Part shown: in pieces, positions 26,073-38,760 of the stretch | Position numbering within the stretch: the stretch's first letter is position 1 | How the letters are laid out: the number at the start of each line of letters is the position of its first letter | Assembly (NCBI RefSeq): GCF_018350175.1 | Contig: NC_058368.1 | Span: forward strand, 89,096,001 to 89,160,000 | Direction: 5' to 3' | DNA: 64,000 nt | DNA from: Felis catus | Taxonomy: Eukaryota | The notes under the pieces: generated by a model | What the model was told of the DNA's origin: nothing | Databases searched by the model: none | The model's input: only the letters and a program-made list of their open reading frames with translations | Translations under genes and position numbers: made by a program

Positions 26073-26519
26073 CTGATTTTTTTTGGATTGATTTTTAAAA
26101 ATTATTTATTTATTTGTTTGTTTATTTTATTTTTTAATATAATTTATTGTCAAATTGCTTTCTATACAACACCCAATGCTCATCCCAACAAGTGCCCTCC
26201 TTCCTGCCCATCACCTACTTTCTCCTCTCCCCCACCCCCATGTACCCTTAGCTTGTTCCCAGTGTTTAAGAGTCTCTTATATGAATGCAAGCTGGTGCAG
26301 CCACTCTGGAAAACAGTATGGAGGCTTCTCAAAAAGCTAAAGATAGAAATACCCTACAACCCAGCAATTGCACTACTAGGTATTTATCCAAGGGATACAG
26401 GTGTGCTGTTTCGAAGAGACACATGCACCCCAATGTTAATAGCAGCACTATCAACAATAGCCAAAGTATGTAAAGAGCCCAAATGTCCATCAATGGATGA
26501 ATAGATAAAGAAGATGTGG

Positions 26520-26563
<44 letters not shown>

Positions 26564-27085
26564 GGAGTATTACTCGGCAATCAAAATGAACTCTTGCCAT
26601 TTGCAACTATGTGGATGGAACTGGAGGGTATTATGCTGAGTGAAATTAGTCAGAGAAAGACAAATATCATATGACTTCACTCATATGAGGACTTTAAGAG
26701 ACAAAACGGATGAACAAAAGGGAAGGGAAACAAAATATAAAAACAGGGAGAGGGACAAAACAGAAGAGACTCATAAATATGGAGGACAAACTGAGGGTTA
26801 CTGGAGGGGTTGTGGGAGGGGGGATGGGCTAAATTGGTAAGGGGCATTAAGGAATCTACTCCTGAAATCATTGTTGCACTATATGCTAATTTGGATGTAA
26901 ATTAAAAAAAAATTTAAAGTAAAACTATGTTATTATTCAGCAATTGCACTAGTAGGTATTTACCCAATGGATACAAAAATACTGATTCAAAGGGGCACAT
27001 GCACCCTGATGTTTATAGCAGCATTATCAACAAGAGCCAATTTATGGAAAGAGCACAAATTTCCATTGACTTATAAATAAAAAAG

Positions 27086-27120
<35 letters not shown>

Positions 27121-27579
27121 GGAAAATTAGTCAGCAGAAAAATCAAATTAAATCTTTCTATTTGCAATGACATGGATGGAGCTTAGCTAATGCTAGGCAG
27201 AGCAAGTCAGTCAGAGAAAGACAAATAGCATATGATTTCACTCATGTGTGGAATTTAAGAAATAAAGCAGATAAACATGGGGGGGGTTGCATAAAGAGAA
27301 AGGTAAATCATAAAACAGACTCTTACCTATAGAGAACAAACTGAAGTTTGCATGAAGGAAGGTGGGTGGGGGGACGGGTTAAATAGGTGATGGGGATTAA
27401 GGAGTGCACTTGGCTATAATGAGCACCAGGTAATATATAGAATTGTTGAAACACTATATTGTACACCTGAAATTAATGGTACATTGTATGTTAACTATAT
27501 TGGAATTAAAATTTAAAAAGAGGTCCTCAAAAAAAAAAAGAGTCTCTTATGGTTTGCCTCCCTCCCTCTCTGTAACTTA
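26073..27579 (-). mobile_element. Short minus-strand L1 3' end, itself split by a plus-strand L1 insertion (26281-27537)
   Basis: Pieces at 26073-26280 and 27538-27579; outer TSD atgttgtgcacctga at 26058-26072 and 27580-27594. Confidence 0.85.
26281..27537 (+). mobile_element. 5'-truncated L1 followed by a second, more diverged L1 3' end and a poly(A), all inside one TSD
   Basis: TSD aagagtctcttat at 26268-26280 and 27538-27550. First 3' end terminates at ~26912; second runs ~26913-27520; A-tail 27529-27537. Confidence 0.85.
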
Positions 27580-28269
27580 ATGTTGTGCACCTGAAACTAA
27601 TATGATATTATATGTCAATTATATTTCAATAATAAAAAATATTTTGTAAACTACTTTTAAGTGGATATATTGTAAAACAATTATTGTTGAAATAAAGTTT
27701 TCCAGAATGACTTTTTTTGATTAAAATATAATTTAAATTTTTAGAATCTTATACATCTAACAAATATATTAGTTAATATGATTAGTAAACTCAACTAGAA
27801 TAAAAATGTATGTATATATTACATTTAATGCTAATACATACATACATACAGAAGACATGGCTGTTTCTTTATGAAACTTATAGTATCAACATAATGTTAT
27901 TTATCAAATCAAATTTACTCAAATCAAGTGAATTTGAAAGACATTTCTATATTTCTTGGAGTTTCAGGAACATGTAATTTACATAAGCACTTATTTTTAT
28001 CCAAGCCAATCAGAATATAGTTTCTTTAAGGGATTTTATAAATTAATTTGGTAATACCATCTGGAGGTAGGAAAATGTCACATATACATAACATACAAAT
28101 GAACATACATAAACAAACAGGCAGGCACAAATAGAAATTTTATGGCTTTCATTCTAAAATTTTAGCCATGAGTAAGGTGTAAACACAGAATACAAAACTC
28201 AATAGTGTGTATAAGCATTGGTACTCACTTCTGTCCTTTATATTTTTATCAGAAATATGTTTCTGCTAA

Positions 28270-28604
28270 CTAGTCAGTCAGAGAAAGACAAATATCATAT
28301 GACTTCACTCATATTTGGAATTTAAGATACAAAACAGATGAACAGAAGAGAAGGGATGCAAAAATAATAAAAAAAACAGGCAGGGAGACAAAACATAAAA
28401 GACTCTTAAATATAAAGAACAGTGTTGCTGGAGGGGTTGTGGGTGAGCTAAATGGGCAAGGAGCATCAAGAAGGACAATTGTTGGGATGAGCATTGGGTG
28501 TTATATGTAGGGGATGAATCACTGGAGTCTTACTCCCCAAATCATTATTGCACTATATGCTAATTTGGATGTAAATTAAAAAGTAAATAAAGAAAGAAAG
28601 AAAG
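28270..28604 (+). mobile_element. Short L1 3' end
   Basis: agtcagagaaagacaaatatcatatgacttcactc...aatttggatgtaaattaaaa; TSD ending tgtttctgcta on both sides. Confidence 0.9.
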
Positions 28605-28659
28605 AACTGTGTTTCTGCTAGATGGAAGAAGTTACAGTTACCAGATCAATATGGGAGCT

Positions 28660-29105
28660 TGTTACGGAACCAGGCTGGAACACTGGTGGAAAAACCAAGC
28701 GGCACTCTGAGATCTTGGTGGATTGGAGATTTATTTAACACCCGAGGCTCAGAGGAGACTGTTTCTCCAAAAATCTGAGCCCCGAATGTGAGCGGGAAGG
28801 GTAATTTATAGTTATCAGCCTCCATATTTGTGTGTGTGTGTGTGGGGGGGGTGGTTTTTGCGCACACAGCAAAGGAAGACGAACCCTGAGGAGGGGTCTC
28901 TAAGCTAGAGACCAGAGTTTGTTTTAGTCCAATCAGCCATATTTGGTGTACTTTATCCACTTCCCCAACAAGATAAACTTTTCACCATATTTGTGGGAGG
29001 AGACTTTTAAGATTGTCTTTGCCCTGGTATGTAATGTCACAGAGGCTGTAGATTACATCTGGACTGAGGGTTTGAGGAGACACTGGACATTTGGGTTTCT
29101 CCACA
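28660..29105 (-). mobile_element. Carnivore ERV solo LTR
   Basis: tgttacgg ... ctccaca termini; poly(A) signal (tttatt, ~28730) and TATA-like (tttata, ~28806) on the minus strand. Confidence 0.7.
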
Positions 29106-30154
29106 GCCCATATGAGTGGGTAAAATAGCCAGTCTACCTCCAATTAGTTTTTTTTTTCCCCTTTTCAACTTCAAGTGGTTGCTTTTGGAGTCCCTGCGTC
29201 CCTTACAGGGAACCCTTACAGGGGAGCACAGAGTTTGAGTGACTACAAGGAGTTGAGGGGCTAGAATGGGAAAGGAAGATCTTACAGGAGTGAGCAGAAG
29301 GATGCAAGAGGTAGGGGTATGAAGGGTGACATATCAAAAGATCTCAGGGAGCCACAGGGAAGGTTGGAGGTAGTAAAAAGATGGAGGTGTGAAGGAGATG
29401 GGAGAGGATACATCTTAGATGAGATGGTTTAGGGAGATGTTAAGTTTCTCAAAGAAGCCATTGAAATACCAAATTATCCCTAGTAAAACCACCCCAACAG
29501 GAAAGGAAGTAAACAGAATGAATGCCATACTGATAAAGCATTACAGCCAGTGAGGGTTTGGGAAAGAGGGATTTCAGTTGACTGAAAAGCTGCTATGTTC
29601 TTAATGGTATCTTGCAAGCAAAGAAACTTGCCTTTAACACAGACTTTATGTCTTATGAACAGGGAAGTCTGAGGCTCCATTTGTCTACAATTCTAATTTA
29701 GCTTGTAGAATATACTTAGAATCTTAAGAGTAAAAAATCTGCCCTTACTGATGTCAACAAACATGCATTTCAGAGCACTGGATCAGGAGTTAGACTCACC
29801 AATAGATTCCCAATCAGTAAATCAAGAGTGAAGACAAAGTCTTCAAAGTTGTGCAGCTGGGGTCACTAACTAAGTCACTCACATGTAAAATCTGACTTTA
29901 CATTCCAGATCTGGTTGGAGCTAAGAAGCTCTTTTGTATTTTATTTGTATTGAAAAAACTAACTTATTCTAATGAGAGTAATGCAGGGTCATGTTTAAAG
30001 AGTGAAATTGGACAAAAGGCATTGTAATAAAAAGCAACTGTTCTCTAACCTCTTTATCTCCTTCATCTCTTCACTACCCTTCCCAGTCTTTTTGCCCAGA
30101 AGGAGAACTTTGTGGCTTTTGGTTTTGGTTGTTCTGTAGTTACTTCCTTATGTC

Positions 30155-30545
30155 TGTCGAATGAGAAAAAAAGGAAGGGCTGAAATAAAACAAAAACATT
30201 TATTTGAGGTCTCAGAATTATAATTTGAGTAGCATAGATTTGGGGAGCAACAGAAATTGTGTCCCTCTAGTGAAAAAAGCCAAGGGTATCAAAAGATGAA
30301 GTGTTTGTATGGGTTTTTACCAAAGAATTTTGGTTGGTGTTGGCAGCAGAAAACTAATTTTGACTGAATATAATTATAATTGGCTGTTACTAAACAAAAT
30401 CTCTTACTGTAGCAAGTTGCAGGTGTTTGGACAGAGACCTTGGAATATTTTCAGGTTAGCCCAGTTCAAAGTTTCTGGTTTCATCTGATGAGAATGTGCA
30501 TAAAGCCCAGCTCCTTAATGGCCTCCCTGGCTCTCTTTTAAAACC
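30155..30545 (-). mobile_element. Probable ERV1-class solo LTR
   Basis: tttatttgaggtctcagaatt...ggcctccctggctc; LTR-like composition. Confidence 0.5.
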
Positions 30546-30884
30546 CCTTGATATAAGTGACTCCATTTCATTTTACCTCTCACATGTGTAAACGATGTGT
30601 TTATATCACCACACCCTGTCCATTGACTGCTCTGAAGGATCAGGATCATTTCATTTATCCAACCCTGTACCTTCCCACTCCTCTTCCCACTTGACTCTGT
30701 TACAATCCTATTTCCTCCCATGGTCACATCTACATTTTTAAACAATCACCTTTCAGTTAAGAAAGTGAAAGGAAATCTTCAGAAATGAAGAGAATCAGAG
30801 AAATATATTTCTAAAAGAAATTTATTGAAATAAAATGTGTGAGGGATTTTCAAACAAAATAAACCCAAGAAAATACAGATGTTA

Positions 30885-31077
30885 GGGCGCCTAGGTGGCT
30901 CAGTCGGTTAAGAACCCAACTCTTGGTTTCAGCTCAGGTCATGATCTCAAGGTTTTGTAAGTTTGGGCCCCATGTTGGGCTCTGCACTGGCAGTGATGAA
31001 GGATTCTCTCTCCCTCCTCTCTCTGCCCAACCCCACCTCCACAACTTGTTCTGTCTCTGTCTCAAAACAAATAAATA
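30885..31077 (+). mobile_element. Older Can-SINE whose tail was invaded by an L1 (tail remainder at ~33241-33270)
   Basis: SINE head gggcgcctaggtggctcagtcgg; L1 TSD aaaacaaataaata at 31064-31077 and 33241-33254. Confidence 0.88.
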
Positions 31078-33240
31078 GGAAAATCCGATAGACTCCACCA
31101 GAAGTCTGCTAGAACTGATACAGGAATTCAGCAAAGTTGCAGGACACAAAATCAATGTACAGAAATCAGTTGCATTCTTATACACTAACAATGAAGCAAC
31201 AGAAAGACAAATAAAGAAACTGATCCCATTCACAATTGCACCAAGAAGCATAAAATACCTAGGAATAAATCTAACCAAAGATGTAAAAGATCTGTATGCT
31301 GAAAACTATAGAAAGCTTATGAAGGAAATTGAAGAGGATATGAAGAAATGGAAAAACATTCCGTGCTTATGGATTGGAAGAATAAATATTGTCAAAATGT
31401 CAATACTACCCAAAGCTATCTACACATTCAATGCAATCCCAATCAAAATTGCACCAGCATTCTTCTCAAAACTAGAACAAGCCATCCTAAAATTCATATG
31501 GAACCACAAAAGGCCCCGAATAGCCAAAGTAATTTTGAAGAAGAAGACCAAAGCAGGAGGCATCACAATCCCAGACTTTAGCCTCTACTACAAAGCTGTA
31601 ATCATCAAGACAGCATTGTATTGGCACAAAAACAGACACATAGACCAATGGAATAGAATAGAAACCCCAGAACTAGACCCACAAATGTATGGCCAACTAA
31701 TCTTTGACAAAGCAGGAAAGAATATCCAACGGAAAAAGGACAGTCTAACAAATGGTGCTGGGAGAACTGGACAACAACATGCAGAAGGTTCAAACTAGAC
31801 CACTTTCTCACACCATTCACAAAAATAAACTAAAAATGGAAAAAGGACCTGAATGTGAGACAGGAAACCATCAAAACCCTAGAGGATAAAGCAGGAAAAA
31901 ACCTCTCTGACCTCAGCCGTAGCAATTTCTTACTTGACACATCCCCAAAGGCAAGGGAATTAAAAGCAAAAATAAACTACTGGGACCTTATGAAGATAAA
32001 AAGCTTCTGCACAACAAAGGAAACAACCAACAAAACTAAAAGGCAACCAATGGAATGGGAAAAGATGTTTGCAAATGACATATCAGACAAAGGGTTAGTA
32101 TCCAAAGTCTATAAAGAGCTCACCAAACTCCACACCCGAAAAACAAATAACCCAGTGAAGAAATGGGCAGAAAACATGAATAGACACTTCTCTAAAGAAG
32201 ACATCCGGATGGCCAACAGGCACATGGAAAGATGCTCAATGTCGCTCCTCATCAGGGAAATACAAATCCAAACCACACTCAGATATCACCTCACGCCAGT
32301 CAGAGTGGCCAAAATGAACAAATCAGGAGACCATAGATGCTGGAGAGGATGTGGAGAAACGGGAACCCTCTTGAACTGTTGGTGGGAATGCAAATTGGTG
32401 CAGCCACTCTGGAACACAGTGTGGAGGTTCCTCAGAAAATTAAAAATAGACCTACCCTATGACCCAGCAATAGCACTGCTAGGAATTTACCCAAGGGATA
32501 CAGGAGTACTGATGCATAGGGGCACTTGTACCCCAATGTATATAGTAGCACTCTCAACAATAGCCAAATTATGGAAAGAGCCTAAATGTCCATCAACTGA
32601 TGAATGGATAAAGAAATTGTGGTAGGGGCGCCTGGGTGGCGCAGTCGGTTAAGCGTCCGATTTCAGCCAGGTCACGATCTCGCGGTCCGTGAGTTCGAGC
32701 CCCGCGTCAGGCTCTGGGCTGATGGCTCAGAGCCTGGAGCCTGTTTCCGATTCTGTGTCTCCCTCTCTCTCTGCCCCTCCCCTATTCATGCTCTGTCTCT
32801 CTCTGTCTCAAAAATAAATAAACGTTGAAAAAAAAATTAAAAAAAAAAAGAAATTGTGGTTTATATACACAATGGAGTACTACATGGCAATGAGAAAGAA
32901 TGAAATATGGCCCTTTGTAGCAACGTGGATGGAACTGGAGAGTGTGATGCTAAGTGAAATAAGCCATACAGAGAAAGACAGATACCATATGGTTTCACTC
33001 TTATGTGGATCCTGAGAAACTTAACAGAAACCCATGGGGGAGGGGAAGGAAAAAAAAGAGGTTAGTGTGGAAGACAGCCAAAGCATAAGAGACTGTAAAA
33101 ACTGAGAACAAACTGAGGGTTGATGGGGGGTGGGAGGGAAGGGAGAGTGGGTGATGGGTATTGAGGAGGGCGCCTGTTGGGATGAGCACTGCGTGTTGTA
33201 TGGAAACCTATTTGACAATAAACTTCATATATTGGGGAAA
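31078..33240 (+). mobile_element. 5'-truncated feline L1 (3' half of ORF2 and 3' UTR), disrupted
   Basis: ORF2 pieces 31319-31798 and 31855-32625, frameshift near 31745, SINE insertion, 3' UTR with AATAAA. Confidence 0.96.
32625..32847 (+). mobile_element. SINEC_Fc inside L1
   Basis: Canonical head and tail; TSD aagaaattgtggt. Confidence 0.97.
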
Positions 33241-33939
33241 AAAACAAATAAATAAACTTAAAAAAAAAAAGATAGATGAGACATGTAACACAAGAAACAG
33301 AGATGAACAAAATTTACCAAAATGGTGATTATTAGTATAACTGCTGCTAATGCACCTGTAATTTTTAGTGTAATTTCTAGAAAAAAGTTTCTACAATGGA
33401 AGGAAAATTATAAAATCATCTGAAATAAAACTTTTGGATGATTTCAACCAAACCTGGGAGTTTGGAGGAGAAAAAGCAGAAAGGAGGGGAAGCTAAATAA
33501 AGGCAAGCTCAATATTTTTTTCTCATTCAGAAGTGACCAGCACTTCTAGACATTGAGAAAAAATATGTATAGATGTATAAATTGTTAAGGGTAATTATAG
33601 ATAAAAATAGGTTATAGAGCTTCAAACCACTAGAGGGGGCACGAAGGAAGAAAAACTCCATGACCCATCTAGTCAGGAAAGAAAATAGACAAGAAGAAAG
33701 CGTGTTTCATAGGGATGTAAGACAGGGGAGAATAAGTCAAAAATCGGTAACCACAGTAAATGTGACAAATTAAGTTCTATTAAAATATGACGACTTTATC
33801 TTGTGGCAGAAAAAAAATCTTATGTTCTTATAATAGATCATAATAATGATGGAAATGGCAGACACCAATTATATGCCAGACACTGTTCAAAATACACTAC
33901 AGTGTATGTTAACTAACTTGAATTTAAACAAACAAACAA

Positions 33940-34152
33940 GGGGTGCCTGGGTGGCTTAGTCGGTTAAGCATCTGATTTCGGCTCAGGTCATGATCTTATG
34001 GTCAATGAGTTTGAGCCCCACATCAGGCTCTGTGCTGACAGCTCAGAGCTGGAGCCTGCTTCAGATTCTTTGCCTCCCTCTCTCTCTCTCTGCCCCTTCC
34101 CTGATCATGCTCTGTCTCTCTTTCTCTTTTAAAAATAAATAAACATTAAACA
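33940..34152 (+). mobile_element. Can-SINE
   Basis: ggggtgcctgggtggcttagtcggttaagc head, CT tract and A-tail. Confidence 0.95.
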
Positions 34153-34577
34153 AATAGTATATTGTAACTTATTTAGAGTAATATCTAAAACAAGACCACA
34201 GAGAAAGTTTATAAACAAAGGGGTGGACAATCAAAAAGTATTCTTCCGAATAATTCTTCTATTAAAGAGGAAAACAAAACTACAATTACAGACTGCTGAT
34301 AATAAACAGCAATTAATAAACTATATGTGGGATATGGTCTACAGGATACATACAGAATAATGACTAGACTTACATTTCATTTTTAGAAAGCAGGAGAAAT
34401 ACAAAATAAATGAGGTCACAGGCATATTAATCAAAATGTCAGAACAAGGATAATAAAATGTCTTCCCCCCAAAAGTATGAAAGAAAAAAATCTTAAAGAT
34501 AAAAACAGCTATCAAAGAAATAGGAAATAATTTCAATCAAACAATAGATTTTTCTTTAAAAAGGCCAATAAAATAAA

Positions 34578-34790
34578 ATTTTTAAAATGTTTATTTATTT
34601 TTGTGAGACAGAGAGAGACAGAGCCAAGTAAGGGAGGGACAGACAGAGAGGGAGACACAGAATCTGAAGCAGGCTCCAGGTTCTGAGCTGTCAGTACAGA
34701 GCCTGATGTGGGGCTCGAACCCACGAACAGTGAGATCATGACCTGAGCCGAACTCAGATGTTTACCTGACTGAGCCTCCCAGGTGCCCCC
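34578..34790 (-). mobile_element. Can-SINE
   Basis: Reverse-complement SINE; TSD aataaaataaa. Confidence 0.95.
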
Positions 34791-37069
34791 AATAAAATAA
34801 ACTTTTTAGCAATACTTTGAAAGAGAGAAGAAAGGAAGAAAGGGGGTGGCACATTAATATCAGAGACAAAAGGAACAGTTATAGAGTTTTAAAAATCATG
34901 AGATTATCATTTTTGTTGCTTTTAAGCCTGCCCCCCTGATCTGATTATTAAGTGGTTGGTGGAACCCAAGGTAAAGTGAGCGGGGGCACGAAAGTAGATG
35001 GCACTGACAGAGGTGGTGCTGAGAGTTGGGACCCATGGCTGCAGAAATGTTTATGGACCATGCACAGCTTTTGGAGCTCAAACTCTGAGGTTTTAGAAGA
35101 GCTCAACTTTCTCTGGAGCAAGGCCATGGAGTATGCTCCTGGGGAGTAGGGAACTGGTCTTGGAGTGCATAGCATGGTGTAGACACCTCTGGGGTGCTCT
35201 GAGAGACAACAGTCCCCTTCCAGAAGTACTTTTGGAAGAGTTTATTGCCTCCCCAAAGATAAAATACGCTGCAGGTACCAGACAAAGGCCTTTCATCAGC
35301 AGGATGGAGAGGCTCTACTCTGGAGGATCACAGTTCAATAAATGCTGAAGTCAACCACAAGGAAAATTTGGACAACACTCAAATACATGGAGGTAAAAGA
35401 ACATCTTACTAAAGAATTAATGGGTTAACCAGGAAATTAAAGAAGAAATTTAAAAATACATGCAAACCAATGAAAATAAAAACACAACAGTCCAAACCCT
35501 TTAGGATGCAGCATAGGCAGTCCTGAGAGAAAAGTATATTGCAATTCAAGCCTGTCTCAAGAAGCAAGAAAGGTCCCAAATACACAGTATAACCTTACAC
35601 CTAAAGGATCTAGAAAAGGAACAGCAAATAAAGCCTAAAGCCAGCATAAGAAGGCAAATAATAAAGATTAGAGAAGAAAAAAATGATATAGAAATAAAAA
35701 CAAACAGTACAACAGGTCAATAAAACCAAGAGCTGGTTCCTCAAAAGAATAAGCAAAACTGAAAAACCCCTAGCCAGACTTATCAAAAAGAAAAGAGAAA
35801 GGACCCAAATAGATAAAATCACAAATGAAAGAGGAGAGATCACAGCCAACACTACAGAAATCAAACAATTATAAGAGAACACTATGAAAAATTATATGCC
35901 AATAAACTGGGAAATCTGGAAAAAATGCACAAATTCCTAGAAATTCACACTCTACTAAAGCTGAGACAGGTAGAAAGAGAAAATTTGAAAAAAACCATAA
36001 CCAGCAAAAAAATTGAATCAGTTGTCAAAGATCTCCCAACAAACCAGATTCCTGGGCCTGATGGCTTCCCAGGGGAATTCTACCAGATATTTAAAGAAGA
36101 GTTAATGTCTATTCTTCTCAAAATGTTCCAAAAAATAGAAATGGAAGGAAAACTTCCAAACTCACTCTACAAAGCCAGCATTACCTTGGTTCCAAAACCA
36201 AAGACCCAGCTAAATAGGAGAATTACAGGCTAGTATCCCTGATGAACATGGATGCAAAAATTCTCAAGAAGATACTAGCAAATAGAATTCAACAGTACAT
36301 TATAAGAATTACTCATCATGATCAAGTGGTATTCATTCCTGGGCTGCAGGGCTGGTTCAATATTTTCAAACCAATCAAAGTGATACACCACGTTAATAAA
36401 AGAAAAGATAAGAACCATAAGTGGTCCTTTCAATAGATGCAGAAAGAGCATTTGACAAAATACAGCATTCATTCTTGATAAAAACTCTCAACAAAGTAGG
36501 GATCGATGGAACATACCTCAGCATCATAAAGGCCATATACGAAAGACCCATAGCTAATGTCATCCTCCATGGGGAAAAACTGAGAGCCTTTCCACTATGG
36601 TCAGGAACATGACAAGTGTGTCCATTCTCACCATTCATATTTAACATAGTACTGGAAGTCTAGCCTCAGCAGTCAGATAACATAAAGAAATAAAAGTCAT
36701 CCAAATCAACGAGGAAGAAGTCAACCCTGACTATTTGCTAATGGCATGATATTCTGTGTATAAAACCCAAAAGATTCCACCAAAACATTGCTAGAACTAA
36801 TACATGAATTCAGCAATGCCGCAGGATATAAAATCAACATGCAGTAATGTGCTGCATTTCTATACACCAATAATGAAGCAGAAGAAAAAGAAATCATGGA
36901 ATTGATCCCATCTACAATTGCACCAAACACAATAAGATACCTAGAAATAAACCTAACCAAAACAGTAAAAGATCTGTATGCTTAAAACTATAACTTAATG
37001 AAAGAAATTGAAGAGGATGCAAAGAAATAAAAAAGTATTCCATGTTCATGTATTGGAAAAACAAACACA

Positions 37070-37147
37070 GATAGACATGTGATAGATAGATGATAGATAG
37101 ATAGATGATAGATAAATAGATGATAGAGAGATAAACAGGCAGATAGG
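37070..37147 (+). repeat. Imperfect (GATA)n microsatellite within L1 ORF2
   Basis: gatagatagatgatagatagatagatgatagataaataga... Confidence 0.9.
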
Positions 37148-38331
37148 TAAATGTTAAATAAATCTGTTAAATGTCTATACTACCCAAAACAGCCTATAGC
37201 TTTAATGCAATCTCTATCAAAATACCACCAGAATTTCTCACAGAGCTAGAACAAACAATCCTAAATTTTTTTTTGGAACCATAAAGACCCCGAATAGCCA
37301 AAGCAATCCTGAAAAAGAAAAATGAAACTGGAGGCATCACAATTCCGAATTTCAAGCTATATTACAAAGGTGTAGTTATCAAGACAGTGTGGTAATGGCC
37401 CAAAAACAGACACATAGATCAATGGAACAGAATAGAGAACCCAGAAATTGACCTAGAACTATATGGTCAACTCATCTGTAACAAAGCAGGAAGGAATATC
37501 CATTGGAAAAATGCCAGTCTCTTCAACAAATGGTATTGGGAAAACTGGACAGTTACACACAGAAGAATGAAACTGGGCCAATTTATTACACCATGCACAA
37601 AACTAAATTCAAAATGGATGAAAGCCATCAAAATCCTAGAGGAGAACACAGGTAGCAACCTCTTTGACCTCAGTGATAGCAGGTTCTTACTAGACATCTC
37701 GCTGAAGGCAAGGGAAACAAAATCAAACACGAACTATTGGTACTTCACCAAAATAAAAAGCTGCGGCACAGCAAATGATACAGTCAACAAAACTAAAAGA
37801 CAACCTACAGAATAGGAGAAGATAATTGCAAGTGACATATCTGATAAAGGGTTAGTATCCAATATGTATAAAAAACTGATTAAACTCAACACCCAAAACA
37901 CAAATAATTCAGTTAAGATATAGGCAGAAGTCATGAATAGACATTTTTCCAAAGAAGACATCTAGATGGCTAACAGACACATGAAAAGATGCTTGACATC
38001 ATTCATCATCAGGGAAATACAAATCAATACAATGATGAGATACTGACTAACACCTGTCAGAATGGCTAAAACTAACAGCACAAGAAATAACAGGTGTTGG
38101 TGAGGATGCAGAAAAAGGGGAGCCCTCTAAAACTGGGGTGGGAATGCAAACTGGTGTAGCCACTCTGGGGAACAGTATGGTGGTTCCTCAAAAATTCAAA
38201 ATAGAACTATCCTACGACCTAGCAATTGCACTATTAGGTATTTACCCTAAGGATACAAAAATACAGATTCAAAGGGGTACATGCACCCTGATGTTTGTAA
38301 CAGCATTATCAACAAAACCAAACAATGGAGA

Positions 38332-38760
38332 GAGCCTAAATGTCCATCAACTGATGAATGGATAAAGAAATTGTGGTTTATATACACAATGGAATATTAC
38401 GTGGCAATGAGAAAAAATGAAATATGGCTTTTTGTAGCAACGTGGATGGAACTGGAGAGTGTGATGCTAAGTGAAATAAGCCATACAGAGAAAGACAGAT
38501 ACCATATGGTTTCACTCTTATGTGGACCCTGAGAAACTTAACAGGAACCCATGGGGGAGGGGAAGGAAAAAAAAAAACAGGTTAGAGTGGGAGAGAGCCA
38601 AAGCATAAGAGACTCTTAAAAACTGAGAACAAACTGAGGGTTGATGGGGGGTGGGAGGGAGGAGAGGGTGGGTGATGGGTATTGAGGAGGGCACCTTTTG
38701 AGATGAGCACTGGGTGTTGTATGGAAACCAATTTGTCAATAAATTTCATATAAAAAAAAG
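38332..38760 (+). mobile_element. Young feline L1 3' end inserted in register within the older L1
   Basis: Nearly identical to 552-975 of this window; after its A-tail the older L1 resumes at aagaagatgtgg. Confidence 0.9.

Larger units (their letters stand above)
24545..27640 (+). mobile_element. Older carnivore L1 (3' ORF2 and 3' UTR) hosting nested insertions
   Basis: Degenerate ORF2 (ICTPMFITALFTIAKIWKQPQCP); 3' terminus tgcacctgaaactaatatgatattatatgtcaattatatttcaataataaaaaa at ~27585-27640. Confidence 0.88.
27700..29920 (-). mobile_element. Probable degenerate ERV1-class internal sequence
   Basis: AT-rich sequence with motifs I associate with ERV1 internal regions, ending ccagatctggttggagc; no intact ORF. 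Family not identifiable by eye. Confidence 0.4.
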
